Shown: positions 11,089 to 19,585, counted from the stretch's first letter. The stretch is 64,000 bases of DNA from an uncultured Spirochaetota bacterium (GCA_963734495.1 CAVTHK010000009.1:96001-160000), one strand, 5' to 3'. Numbers and translations are program-made. Notes: a model not told the origin generated them from the sequence alone.

Positions 11089-11174
11089 GCCTCGGCTCCT
11101 GCGCTCATCGCGCCGGCGCAAGAGCGCCGGCCGCGCCGAATCGTTCTCCCGTGCTCACGGATGCGGCGCGGGGT

Positions 11175-11510
11175 CTACTCCTTGAGAACCAGGTGCACGG
11201 TGGCCTTGATGCGAGGCGTCCTTCCAGTGATCTCGCTGCGGAGGCGAAGCCAGCCGCCAAAGTGCCTGACGCGCAGAAAGTAGCTGCCCAGCGCCGTGAT
11301 GGGCGGAAAGCTGCTGCCCTCGTCGATCCAGTCTATGCCGTCCACCGCGACCTGCACCGCGGACTGCAGCTTGACGCCGGTCCCCGTCATCTCGTGGACT
11401 CGGACAAAAAACATCGCTTCGCTCGCCCAGCCCGCCTCGTAGGGCTCCGTGGCAAAGTCGCCGGTGAGCTCCTTCATCCTCTCCAGGACCACGGTGTAAA
11501 AGTTTCTCAT
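11175..11510 (-). CDS. Small conserved protein (DUF6385-like), copy 2
   Basis: FATEPYEAGWASEAMFFVR, DGIDWIDEG, FGGWLRL; ends in LKE like copy 1. Confidence 0.75.
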   Translation of the reverse strand: MRNFYTVVLERMKELTGDFATEPYEAGWASEAMFFVRVHEMTGTGVKLQSAVQVAVDGIDWIDEGSSFPPITALGSYFLRVRHFGGWLRLRSEITGRTPRIKATVHLVLKE

Positions 11511-12466
11511 CGCGCATCCCCCTTGCCCGTAGAGTTGACGATCGAGTCAACGAACAGGAACACCCTGCGGTCGGTATCGGCCTCCACCCACAGCACCGGG
11601 TTGAGCAGCCAGTTGATGCGCGGGTAGGCGTCGACGTGCGTGGCGTCGATGCCCCTGAGGTCAAAGACCCTGTTGACCGAGCGCAGCTCGACGTACCGGC
11701 GCGCTGCCAGGTCAACGGTCAACGCAAAGTAGTGCCAGTTGATCTTGTCCGGCGTCTCGTTGAAGCAGAGCTTCTGGGCTCCGTCGCGCACCTCCATGAA
11801 AGCGTCTCCGCGGCCGTCGGGGTAGCGCCTGCCGAGCCACTGCGGATCGATGCCCCGCCTGAGGTAGACCTTGCGGCCGGCCGCGGGGCTGTTCGGGTCC
11901 TCGCCCACCGCGCTCTCACCCATGTCTCCCCAGTCCTGGTCGCTGCCCTCGCTGGCCTTGAGGATCTGCCAGCGCTGCTGCATCTTTCCGTCGGCGGCGT
12001 TCATGTAGCGAGCGCCGTAGAACGTCCGGACCTCGTCGTCCTGCACGTCCCACATAAAGCCAAAGGCGCGGATATCGCTGTCGCCGATGCCCGGCCGGTC
12101 CTGCTCAGCCTTGAAGGTGTACCACATCTCGCAGCGCAGGAGCTGCCGTCTGAGAAAGGTCAGGCGCTTGATCGCGTGACCGATGCTCCCCTTGACCGGC
12201 TGCTCCGAAGCCTTGCCCGCCTGCGGCCGCGTGCCGATCTTGAGTGAATAGGTGCCGCTCATCGACCCGTGCGTGCCGACGTAGCCGAACGTGGCCGAGC
12301 TGAGCATTGGCGGACCCCAATCGGAGTAGCGTTGCTGCGACGGGAAATAGTCGATCACGTCCTGCCTCAGGTTGGGCGAGAGGACCACCCAGCCGCAGAG
12401 GCCGCGGTCGAAGTCGTCGTGGAAGATGATGTCGGACAAAGGGTCATAGTTGTAGAGACTGCCCAT
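11507..12466 (-). CDS. Conserved hypothetical protein (DUF6772-like), copy 2
   Basis: RBS AAGGAGG; HDDFDRGLCGW, GSMSGTYSLKIGTRP, KLCFNE...NWHY; ATGA overlap with the small gene. Confidence 0.75.
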   Translation of the reverse strand: MGSLYNYDPLSDIIFHDDFDRGLCGWVVLSPNLRQDVIDYFPSQQRYSDWGPPMLSSATFGYVGTHGSMSGTYSLKIGTRPQAGKASEQPVKGSIGHAIKRLTFLRRQLLRCEMWYTFKAEQDRPGIGDSDIRAFGFMWDVQDDEVRTFYGARYMNAADGKMQQRWQILKASEGSDQDWGDMGESAVGEDPNSPAAGRKVYLRRGIDPQWLGRRYPDGRGDAFMEVRDGAQKLCFNETPDKINWHYFALTVDLAARRYVELRSVNRVFDLRGIDATHVDAYPRINWLLNPVLWVEADTDRRVFLFVDSIVNSTGKGDAR

Positions 12467-12855
12467 CGGCCCTCCTTGTATCCGGCCTGCAGGCCGCGCC
12501 TTGCCCTCGCGCCGCCTCCTGCCGCTCCATGGGCCGATTATACTTCTCGACGCCCGCAAAACGCGACCGCAGAGAGCCGCGGTCAGGGGGCCAGGCCCCG
12601 CGAGATCCCGGGCGTGGGTGCGGGGCGCGGTTCACAACCTGTGGACCGCTCGGCCGCCGGCAGACGAGTCTGGACGGCCGCCTCGATCCTCCTGTCGTCG
12701 CAGCCGATGATCAGTCCATGAAGCCCCGATCGCAAAATCGGGGCGGCGACTCCGACCGGCTGTCCTCGTTTTCCGCCGAGCCCGGCCGCGGCGGGCCGCC
12801 CGCGCCCTCCGCGCGGTCCCGGAGGGCCGGCGCGGGGGCCGCTGCAAAAAAGGTC

Positions 12856-12884
12856 TTGATTTCTGTCGACCGATGCGTTATTCT
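12856..12884 (+). promoter_or_regulatory. sigma70-type promoter of the kamA operon
   Basis: TTGATT, 17-bp spacer, TATTCT, preceded by an A-tract (UP-like). Confidence 0.6.
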
Positions 12885-13029
12885 CCGCAGCAAAACGGGA
12901 GGGGAGGTCAGACCCCCGCACCCGCGGGGACTATGTTTCGCGGAAAGCCATAAAAAACGTGGGTTTCTCGCATCCGGGGGAGCGTGAGTCTCACCCCACA
13001 CGTATAAGTCCGGAGGATAAGAACAGATA

Positions 13030-14364
13030 ATGGAAACGTCGCAGCCCGCTACTGAGGAGGCAGAACCTCCGAGCAGTAGCCCCGATCATGAACGTACGCC
13101 TCTCAGCTCCCACAACAGTGTCGGCTATGTTCAGCCCTTCTTGCCGACGTACCCCTACCTAGAAGAACCGATCACCGTCCCTGACAGCCTCATCAGGACC
13201 CCGCGCTCCGCGTTCCCGCTGGGCGAGATCGCCGAGGAGTTCCGCGGCCGCTGGTTCCCCGAGGTCAATCACCGCACCTGGAGCGACTGGCGATGGCAGC
13301 TGCGCCACCGCGTCCGCACGCGCGAGGAGCTGGAAAAGTACGTCCGTCTCACGGACGACGAACGCAGCGCCATCGAGCGCCACCGCGGGCCCCTGCCCGT
13401 CGCCGTGACCCCGTACTACCTCAGCCTCGTGAGCGTGAACGACGCCGCGCAGCCGCTGCGGCGGACCGTGATCCCCACGACCGACGAGTACCTCCAGACG
13501 CCCGGCGAGGCGCTGGACCCGCTCGACGAGGATGCGGACAGCCCGGTGTCGGGCCTGGTGCACCGCTACCCGGACCGCGTGCTGTTCCTGGCGACCGACT
13601 TCTGCTCGGTCAACTGCCGCTACTGCACGCGCAGCCGGCTCATCACCGTGGAAGACGGCCATCGCTACGGCGTCTCGCAGTGGGAGCGCGGCATCGCCTA
13701 CGTGGCGGCTCACCCCGAGGTGCGCGACGTCCTCATCTCGGGCGGCGATCCGCTGACGCTCGCCGACGAGAAGATCGAGTGGCTGCTCACGCGCCTGCGC
13801 GCGATCCCGCACGTCGAGTTCATCCGGATCGGCACAAAGACGCCCGCGGTCCTGCCGCAGAGGATCACCCCCGCGCTCACGCGGATGCTCAGGCGCTTCC
13901 ACCCGCTGTGGATGAGCCTGCATTTCACGCACCCCGACGAGCTCACGCCCGAGACCAACGAGGCGTGCCGCAGGCTCGCGGACGCGGGCATCCCCCTCGG
14001 CAGCCAGACGGTGCTGCTCAAGGGCATCAACGACGACGTCGACACGCTCAGGCGCCTCTATCACGGGCTGCTGAAGAACAGGGTCAAACCGTACTACCTC
14101 TTCCAGTGCGACCCGATCTACGGTTCGTCCCACTTCCGCACGTCGGTCTCGAAAGGCCTCGAGATGATCCAGGGCCTGCGCGGCCACACGACCGGGTACG
14201 CCGTTCCGAGCTACGTGATCGACGCCCCCGGCGGCGGCGGCAAGGTGCCCCTGCTGCCGCAGTACCTGGTGGGCCGCGACGGCGACGACATCGTGCTGCG
14301 CAACTACGAGGGCAAGGAGTTCCGGTACCGCGACCCGGTCGACCCTCGGGCCGGCGGGGCGTAA
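13030..14364 (+). CDS. kamA: KamA-family radical SAM aminomutase (lysine 2,3-aminomutase-like)
   Basis: WSDWRWQL, LVHRYPDR, CSVNCRYCTR (CxxxCxxC), SGGDPL, SQTVLLKGIND, YYLFQCD, IDAPGGGGK (PLP lysine). Confidence 0.92.
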   Translation: METSQPATEEAEPPSSSPDHERTPLSSHNSVGYVQPFLPTYPYLEEPITVPDSLIRTPRSAFPLGEIAEEFRGRWFPEVNHRTWSDWRWQLRHRVRTREELEKYVRLTDDERSAIERHRGPLPVAVTPYYLSLVSVNDAAQPLRRTVIPTTDEYLQTPGEALDPLDEDADSPVSGLVHRYPDRVLFLATDFCSVNCRYCTRSRLITVEDGHRYGVSQWERGIAYVAAHPEVRDVLISGGDPLTLADEKIEWLLTRLRAIPHVEFIRIGTKTPAVLPQRITPALTRMLRRFHPLWMSLHFTHPDELTPETNEACRRLADAGIPLGSQTVLLKGINDDVDTLRRLYHGLLKNRVKPYYLFQCDPIYGSSHFRTSVSKGLEMIQGLRGHTTGYAVPSYVIDAPGGGGKVPLLPQYLVGRDGDDIVLRNYEGKEFRYRDPVDPRAGGA

Positions 14365-14383
14365 CATCGGCCCGCGAGCGACC

Positions 14384-15373
14384 ATGACCGTAGGCATCAC
14401 GTACGACCTCAAGGGGGACTACCTCCGCGAGGGCATGAGCGAAGAGGAGGCGGCGGAGTTCGACAGCCCGGCTACCGTTGAGGCCATCGACACCAGCCTG
14501 CAGGCCCTGGGGTTCGCGACCGAGAGGATCGGTCACCTCAGGGCCCTCCTCGCAAGGCTCGCCTCGGGCGGCCGCTGGGACATCGTGTTCAACATCGCCG
14601 AAGGCGTCCACGGCATCGGCCGGGAGTCGCAGATCCCGGCGATCCTCGACGCCTTCCAGATCCCCTACACGTTCTCGGACCCGATGGTGCTCGGGCTCTG
14701 CCTTCACAAGGGCATGGCCAAGCGCGTCGTGCGCGACGCGGGAGTCCCGACCCCCGACTTCGCCCTGATTGAAAATGAAGGGCAAGCCGCCGGCGTGCGC
14801 CTCGCCTTTCCCGTGTTCGCCAAGCCGGTGGCCGAGGGGACGGGCAAGGGCATCTCCGGCGCGTCGCGCGCCGGGAGCCCGGCCGAGCTCGAGCGCGCGT
14901 GCGCGGAGCTCCTGCGCAGATTCCGCCAGCCGGTGCTCGTCGAGAGCTTCCTGCCCGGCCGCGAGCTCACCGTCGGCATCCTCGGCACCGGCGCGAAGGC
15001 GCGGACGATCGGCGCGCTGGAGATCGAGCTGCACGGGTCCGCCGAGCCGGGCGCGTACACCTACCACAACAAGAAGATGTACGAGGACCGCGTCTCCTAC
15101 CGGCTCGCCGAGGACGCCGTGGCGGCCGAGGCGCGGGAGGTGGCGCTCGCCGCGTGGCGCGCCCTCGGCTGCCGCGACGGCGGCCGGGTCGACATCCGCT
15201 GCGATGCGGCGGGGAAGCCGCACTTTCTCGAGGTCAACCCGCTCGCGGGCCTTCATCCCGTGGATTCGGACCTGCCCATCCTCTGCTACAAGCGCGGCCT
15301 TACCTACGGGGAGCTCATCGCCGCGATCATGGAGAGTGCGCGCTCGCGTCTCGGGGACGCCGCGCGGCCTTAG
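14384..15373 (+). CDS. D-Ala-D-Ala ligase-like ATP-grasp enzyme
   Basis: VFNIAEG, IPYTFSD, KPVAEGTGKGI, LVESFLPGRE, GRVD, LEVNPLAGL. Confidence 0.9.
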   Translation: MTVGITYDLKGDYLREGMSEEEAAEFDSPATVEAIDTSLQALGFATERIGHLRALLARLASGGRWDIVFNIAEGVHGIGRESQIPAILDAFQIPYTFSDPMVLGLCLHKGMAKRVVRDAGVPTPDFALIENEGQAAGVRLAFPVFAKPVAEGTGKGISGASRAGSPAELERACAELLRRFRQPVLVESFLPGRELTVGILGTGAKARTIGALEIELHGSAEPGAYTYHNKKMYEDRVSYRLAEDAVAAEAREVALAAWRALGCRDGGRVDIRCDAAGKPHFLEVNPLAGLHPVDSDLPILCYKRGLTYGELIAAIMESARSRLGDAARP

Positions 15374-15381
15374 GAGGCCGC

Positions 15382-16941
15382 ATGTTCGTCGCGGTCCTCT
15401 ACAACCTGGTCGATCGCAAGGAGAGCGGGTTCCAGAGCGAGCTCGTGGCCGAGAACGAAATCCTCGGCACCGCGAACGGCATCGTGGAGGCGCTGCGCGG
15501 CAGCCACGAGGCCGTCATGCTGCGCGTAAAGCCCGCGATCCTCGGCCGCATCGGCGAGTCGCCCTTCGACGTGATCTTCAACCTCGCCGAGGGGCTGGGC
15601 GACCGGGCCTCCGCAAGCGAGCACCTGATCCCCGCCTTTCTCGATGCGGCGGATCTGCCGTACACGGGCGCCGACTGCGCCTGCATCGCTCTCTGCCGGG
15701 ACAAGGCGCGCACCAAGCGCCTGCTCGCGGCCGCCGGCCTCGCCACGCCGGCCTGGCAGCTCTTCGAGAGCGGGAGCGAGCCGCTCTCGCCGGAGCTCGC
15801 CTTTCCCCTGATCGTCAAGCCGTGCCTCGAGGACGCGAGCATCGGCATCACCGCGGAGTCGGTGGTGCGCGACGAGGAGTCGCTGCGCCGCCGGGTGGCG
15901 CACGTGCTCGAGCACTACCGCGAGCCGGCGCTCGTCGAGCGCTTCATCGACGGCCGCGAGATCAACTGCGCGCTTCTCGGCAACGGCGCATCCGTCGAGG
16001 CGCTGCCGCTCGCCGAAATCGTCTTCCGCCACGCGGGCGATCATCCGCGCATAGTGACCTTCGAGTCCAAGTGGGTCGCGGGCTCGGCGGCGGACCGGGC
16101 GCAGCGGCCGGTCTGTCCGGCGGACCTCGCGCCGGACCTGGCACGCGAGATCGCGGCTGCGGCGCGCGCCGCGTTCGCCGCGACCGGCTGCCGGGATTAC
16201 GCGCGGGTCGACTTCCGCCTGGAGCGGGCCGGCGACGGCGTGACGCGGCCCCTCATCATCGACGTCAATCCCAACCCGGCGATCGACGAGGGGGCGGGGT
16301 TCGCCCGCAGCGCGCGCGCCGCGGGGCTCGCCTACCCGCAGCTCGTCGAGCGCATCGTGGCCATGGCGGCCGCTCGCGGCGGCGCCGGCGCCCGGCGCGG
16401 CAAGCCGGAGCCGGCCGAGCCTGTCGCGGGCAGCAGCCTCCGCCTGGAGCCGCCCGCGCCGCGCCACCTCGCGGCTCTCGCCCGCTGGTTCAACGACGCC
16501 GAGACGGGCCGCTACATGGAGGGCCCGGGCGAGACCTGCACGGTGGCGGAGCTGGCGGAGGCCTTCTTCGTCGGGCGCGCGGACGTCGACTTCGTGGCGT
16601 GCGACCTCCGCACGGGCGAGCCGGTCGGCTACTGCGGGCTCTACGGCATCTCGGGCGGCCGCGCGCAGATCACGTTCCTCGTCGGCGAGGCGGCGCGGCG
16701 CGGCCGCGGCGCGGGCCGCGAGATCGGCGAGCTGCTCGTGCGCGCGGCGTTCGCCCGGCCGGAGATCGACGCCCTCGAGGCGCGCGTCGTGGTCGAGAAC
16801 GAAGCATCGCTGCGTCTGTGCCGGGCGCTCGGGTTCCGCGACGTCGGCCGCCTGCGCGGCTCGCACCGCCTCGGCGACCGGCGGCTCGACGAGATCCTGC
16901 TCGAGCTCACCCGCGAGGATCGAGCGGCGAAGCGGCCATGA
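15382..16941 (+). CDS. D-Ala-D-Ala ligase-like ATP-grasp enzyme fused to a C-terminal RimJ/L-type GNAT domain
   Basis: RBS AGGAGG; FNLAEG, KPCLEDASIGI, ERFIDGRE, DYARVDFR, IDVNPNP; then RRGRGAG and ENEASLRLCRALGF (GNAT motifs). Confidence 0.88.
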   Translation: MFVAVLYNLVDRKESGFQSELVAENEILGTANGIVEALRGSHEAVMLRVKPAILGRIGESPFDVIFNLAEGLGDRASASEHLIPAFLDAADLPYTGADCACIALCRDKARTKRLLAAAGLATPAWQLFESGSEPLSPELAFPLIVKPCLEDASIGITAESVVRDEESLRRRVAHVLEHYREPALVERFIDGREINCALLGNGASVEALPLAEIVFRHAGDHPRIVTFESKWVAGSAADRAQRPVCPADLAPDLAREIAAAARAAFAATGCRDYARVDFRLERAGDGVTRPLIIDVNPNPAIDEGAGFARSARAAGLAYPQLVERIVAMAAARGGAGARRGKPEPAEPVAGSSLRLEPPAPRHLAALARWFNDAETGRYMEGPGETCTVAELAEAFFVGRADVDFVACDLRTGEPVGYCGLYGISGGRAQITFLVGEAARRGRGAGREIGELLVRAAFARPEIDALEARVVVENEASLRLCRALGFRDVGRLRGSHRLGDRRLDEILLELTREDRAAKRP

Positions 16942-16942
16942 C

Positions 16943-17119
16943 ATGACGTGGTTCGACGACCGCTACCAGCAGCTCAAGGAGAAGGAGCAGGAGATCGAGC
17001 GCCTGCGGCAGACGGTTCCTCGCTCTCCCGAGCTCGAGCGCCGGATCGAGGCCATGGCCGCCGAGGTCAAGGAAGCCTGGAGCAACCTCGCGGACGAGAT
17101 CCTCAAGCGGGAAGGGTGA
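16943..17119 (+). CDS. 58-aa helical/coiled-coil protein (below the ORF-track cutoff)
   Basis: ATG 1 nt after the preceding stop; MTWFDDRYQQLKEKEQEIERLRQTVPRSPELERRIEAMAAEVKEAWSNLADEILKREG; host-like G/C-ending codons. Confidence 0.7.
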   Translation: MTWFDDRYQQLKEKEQEIERLRQTVPRSPELERRIEAMAAEVKEAWSNLADEILKREG

Positions 17120-17145
17120 GCCGGCGCCCGGGGGCGGCCTTCAAC

Positions 17146-18102
17146 CTATTCTTCGCCGGGTCCCTCGTGCGGTTGCCAGTCGGGCGGGTTCCACCAGCAG
17201 CGGCCCTTCTGCCGCACCGCGTCGAGCGCGCGGGCTTCGATGGACGCCAGCTCCGCGGCCGTGCAGGGCCTGAACGCGCTCGCGGCGGTGAACGCCGCCT
17301 CCTGCTCATTGGGGAACGAGAGCCCGAGAAGCGCGACGTCAGGGTCGCGCGTCAGCGTGTAGCGCAGGCACTCCTCGACGCCGAGGCGCGGCAGCACGGA
17401 GTCCGCGGGAGCGGGGGCTCCGCCGGAGCTGACCTTGCCGCGGGGCCTCTGCGAAAGGGGCCGGCTGTAGCCTTGAGTGTCCTGCAGCAGCTTTCCGGCG
17501 CCGAAGGTCTTGAAGCAGACCGTGCCCACGCCGCGCCGCCGCGCTTCGGGCAGGATCTGCGAGACGTAGCGCGGGTGGCAGTAAGGGCCGACGGCGAACA
17601 TGAGGACGTCGCAGAGACCGGAGGCAAGCGCGGCGGCGAGCACGTCGGGGTGGTGGCTGGAGATGCCCCTGAAGCGGCATTTCCCCTGGCGGATGCAGGC
17701 CTCGAGCTGCTCCATGCCGCCGCCGGGCGCGGCGAGCGCCTGCCACGTCGCCATGTCGGAGACTCCGTGGAACAGGAAGAGGTCGACATGGTCGAGGCCG
17801 AGGCGGCCGAGGCTTCCCTCCACCTGGGGGGCGACCGGCTCGGCCGCGTGGTCGATCTTGTCGATCACGAACATGCGATCGCGCACGCCCGCCACCGCCC
17901 GGCCGACGATCTGCTCGCTGTAGCCATCCTCGTAACCGGGCGCGGTGTCGATCACGTTCAGGCCGGCGTCGATGGCGCGGCGCGCGGTGGCCACGCACTG
18001 CTCGATGGGCACCGAGCGGTCGGCGAGATCGCCGATGCCGAGGCGGGTGGCGACGAAGCCCGTTCGGCCGAGCGGCCGCCGCGGCTCGAAAAGCGCTGCC
18101 AT
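17146..18102 (-). CDS. Aldo/keto reductase
   Basis: RRPLGRTG, GLNVIDTAPGY, SEQIVG, SLGRLGLDHVDLFLFH, GISSH. Confidence 0.88.
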   Translation of the reverse strand: MAALFEPRRPLGRTGFVATRLGIGDLADRSVPIEQCVATARRAIDAGLNVIDTAPGYEDGYSEQIVGRAVAGVRDRMFVIDKIDHAAEPVAPQVEGSLGRLGLDHVDLFLFHGVSDMATWQALAAPGGGMEQLEACIRQGKCRFRGISSHHPDVLAAALASGLCDVLMFAVGPYCHPRYVSQILPEARRRGVGTVCFKTFGAGKLLQDTQGYSRPLSQRPRGKVSSGGAPAPADSVLPRLGVEECLRYTLTRDPDVALLGLSFPNEQEAAFTAASAFRPCTAAELASIEARALDAVRQKGRCWWNPPDWQPHEGPGEE

Positions 18103-19016
18103 CAGCTTCCCTTTGCCGCGCTTGCGGCGCGGCCCGCCCGGCTTTCGTCCTGGCGCGCGATCTTCGCGCGGACGCCGGCTTCGGCTTCGCGCCAGATCTC
18201 CTGGATCGCGTCGTCGAAGAAGAAGTAGACCCTCTCCTCGAACGACGTCGTCGCGAGGCGGTTCCAGAACCGCTGCTCGAAGTCCTTCTGGTCCTTCCCG
18301 TACACGTGGTACGAGTCCGCCTGCCAGTTGAGGCGGCCGAGGTCGACCGGCTTTCCGAGCCGCTCCTGCAGGGGGTCGGCCACGAGGCGCCGGTTGAAGT
18401 GCACGAAGCCGAACATGTTCATGAAGTTCGCGCCCCACGCGTCGTTGCTGCGGAAGCGCACGTTGCAGGCGAGGCGGAAGCGGCCGCCGTCCTCGAGCAG
18501 CCGGTACCACAGCGACTGCAGGCAGGGCGGGTCGTACACCTCGAAGTCGAGGAACGGCATCCACGTGATCATCTGGGCCTGCCTCGTGAACGGCTGCGCC
18601 GCGAGCTTGTCCACGACCTTGCGGATCTGGTCGACGCCGGTGCCGGGCCGGCCGGAGGGCTGCCGAGCCTTCTGCCGCCAGGTCCCCCAGTCGGCGAGGC
18701 GCTGGTGGTAGGTGTACTCCCAGCGCGTGTCGAGCGGGTCGTCCATGTTCTTCACCCAGTGGTCCTTTTCGCCCGAGAGCTCCATAAAGTACTCGCGCAG
18801 GTCGTCGATGCCCCCGGGGAAGGCCTTGTGGATCATGGGGTCCTTCCACGGCTCGCGGACCGTGATGTTCATCGTCGCGTCCACCGACGGCGGGTCGCCG
18901 GGGCGGTCGTACTGCGTGGCGACCCGGATGCCGCCTTCGTGCAGCGCGATCAGCGCCCGCTCGTAGGATTCGGCCAGGGTTTCGCCCTCGACGTGGAGCA
19001 CGGGGATGTCGTTCAT
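18102..19016 (-). CDS. thyA: Divergent (archaeal-like) thymidylate synthase family protein
   Basis: YTYHQRL, DQI, TRQAQMITW, DPPCLQ (catalytic Cys), FRSNDAWGANFMN, ADSYHVY. Confidence 0.7.
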   Translation of the reverse strand: MNDIPVLHVEGETLAESYERALIALHEGGIRVATQYDRPGDPPSVDATMNITVREPWKDPMIHKAFPGGIDDLREYFMELSGEKDHWVKNMDDPLDTRWEYTYHQRLADWGTWRQKARQPSGRPGTGVDQIRKVVDKLAAQPFTRQAQMITWMPFLDFEVYDPPCLQSLWYRLLEDGGRFRLACNVRFRSNDAWGANFMNMFGFVHFNRRLVADPLQERLGKPVDLGRLNWQADSYHVYGKDQKDFEQRFWNRLATTSFEERVYFFFDDAIQEIWREAEAGVRAKIARQDESRAGRAASAAKGS

Positions 19017-19122
19017 GGTTGCCGTGATTCTACCACGGGGATTTTCGAAATTGAAGGCGGCTGCGGCGGCCCCCGCCGCCCCACCGCGGCCGCGAGGGGG
19101 CGGGCGCCCGCCCCACCTCGTC

Positions 19123-19177
19123 TTGACGGGGCGCCCGGCCCGCGCTAACATCTGAACATATGAGCCATCGTTCATAT
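19123..19177 (+). promoter_or_regulatory. Promoter plus SmtB/CzrA-type operator
   Basis: TTGACG (19123), 17-bp spacer, TAACAT (19146-19151); inverted repeat ATATGAGC-CATC-GTTCATAT at 19158-19177. Confidence 0.75.
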
Positions 19178-19585
19178 AACGGCCGGGCGCTGAGCATCGC
19201 CGCGGGCCCGGGCGCCGCGGCCGGACCCCGCCGCGCCGCCGCGGCCCGCGCGGGCCGCAAAGCCGGCGCGCGCGGCCCGGGCGTCCGGGACGCCATGCCG
19301 CGCGAGGAGGAGCTGTACGAGCTCGCCGACTTCTTCAAGATCTTCGGCGACTCCACGCGCATCCGCATGCTCTACGCCCTGCACCGCTCGGAGCTGTGCG
19401 TCCAGGACCTCGCCGCCGCGCTCTCGATGGGACAGTCGGCCGTGTCGCACCAGCTGCGGGTGCTCAAGTCTTCGGGCCTGGTGCGCCACCGCCGCGAGGG
19501 CCGCCGCGCCTACTACGCCCTCGACGACGAGCACATCGCCGGGATCATCACCCAGGGACTCACGCACGTCAGGGAGCCGCGATGA
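19160..19585 (+). CDS. ArsR/SmtB-family metal-sensing repressor (start uncertain: 19160 or 19295)
   Basis: LADFFKIFGDSTRIR, ELCVQDLA, QSAVSHQLR, alpha5 metal site DEH-x10-HVRE. Confidence 0.9.
   Translation: MSHRSYNGRALSIAAGPGAAAGPRRAAAARAGRKAGARGPGVRDAMPREEELYELADFFKIFGDSTRIRMLYALHRSELCVQDLAAALSMGQSAVSHQLRVLKSSGLVRHRREGRRAYYALDDEHIAGIITQGLTHVREPR

Noticed and set aside
13030-14364. EpmB (EF-P beta-lysylation)
   Set aside because: No efp or epmA nearby; the length and the PGGGGK motif fit KamA proper.
14384-16941. Housekeeping ddl or van-type resistance ligases
   Set aside because: They lack the canonical N-terminal GG-S-E motif and a mur/van context, and they sit in a kamA operon.
18102-19016. 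Phage-type nucleotide hydroxymethylase or prophage DNA-modification locus
   Set aside because: No phage, kinase or base-glycosylation genes are adjacent and codon usage is host-like; not fully excluded without a phylogeny.
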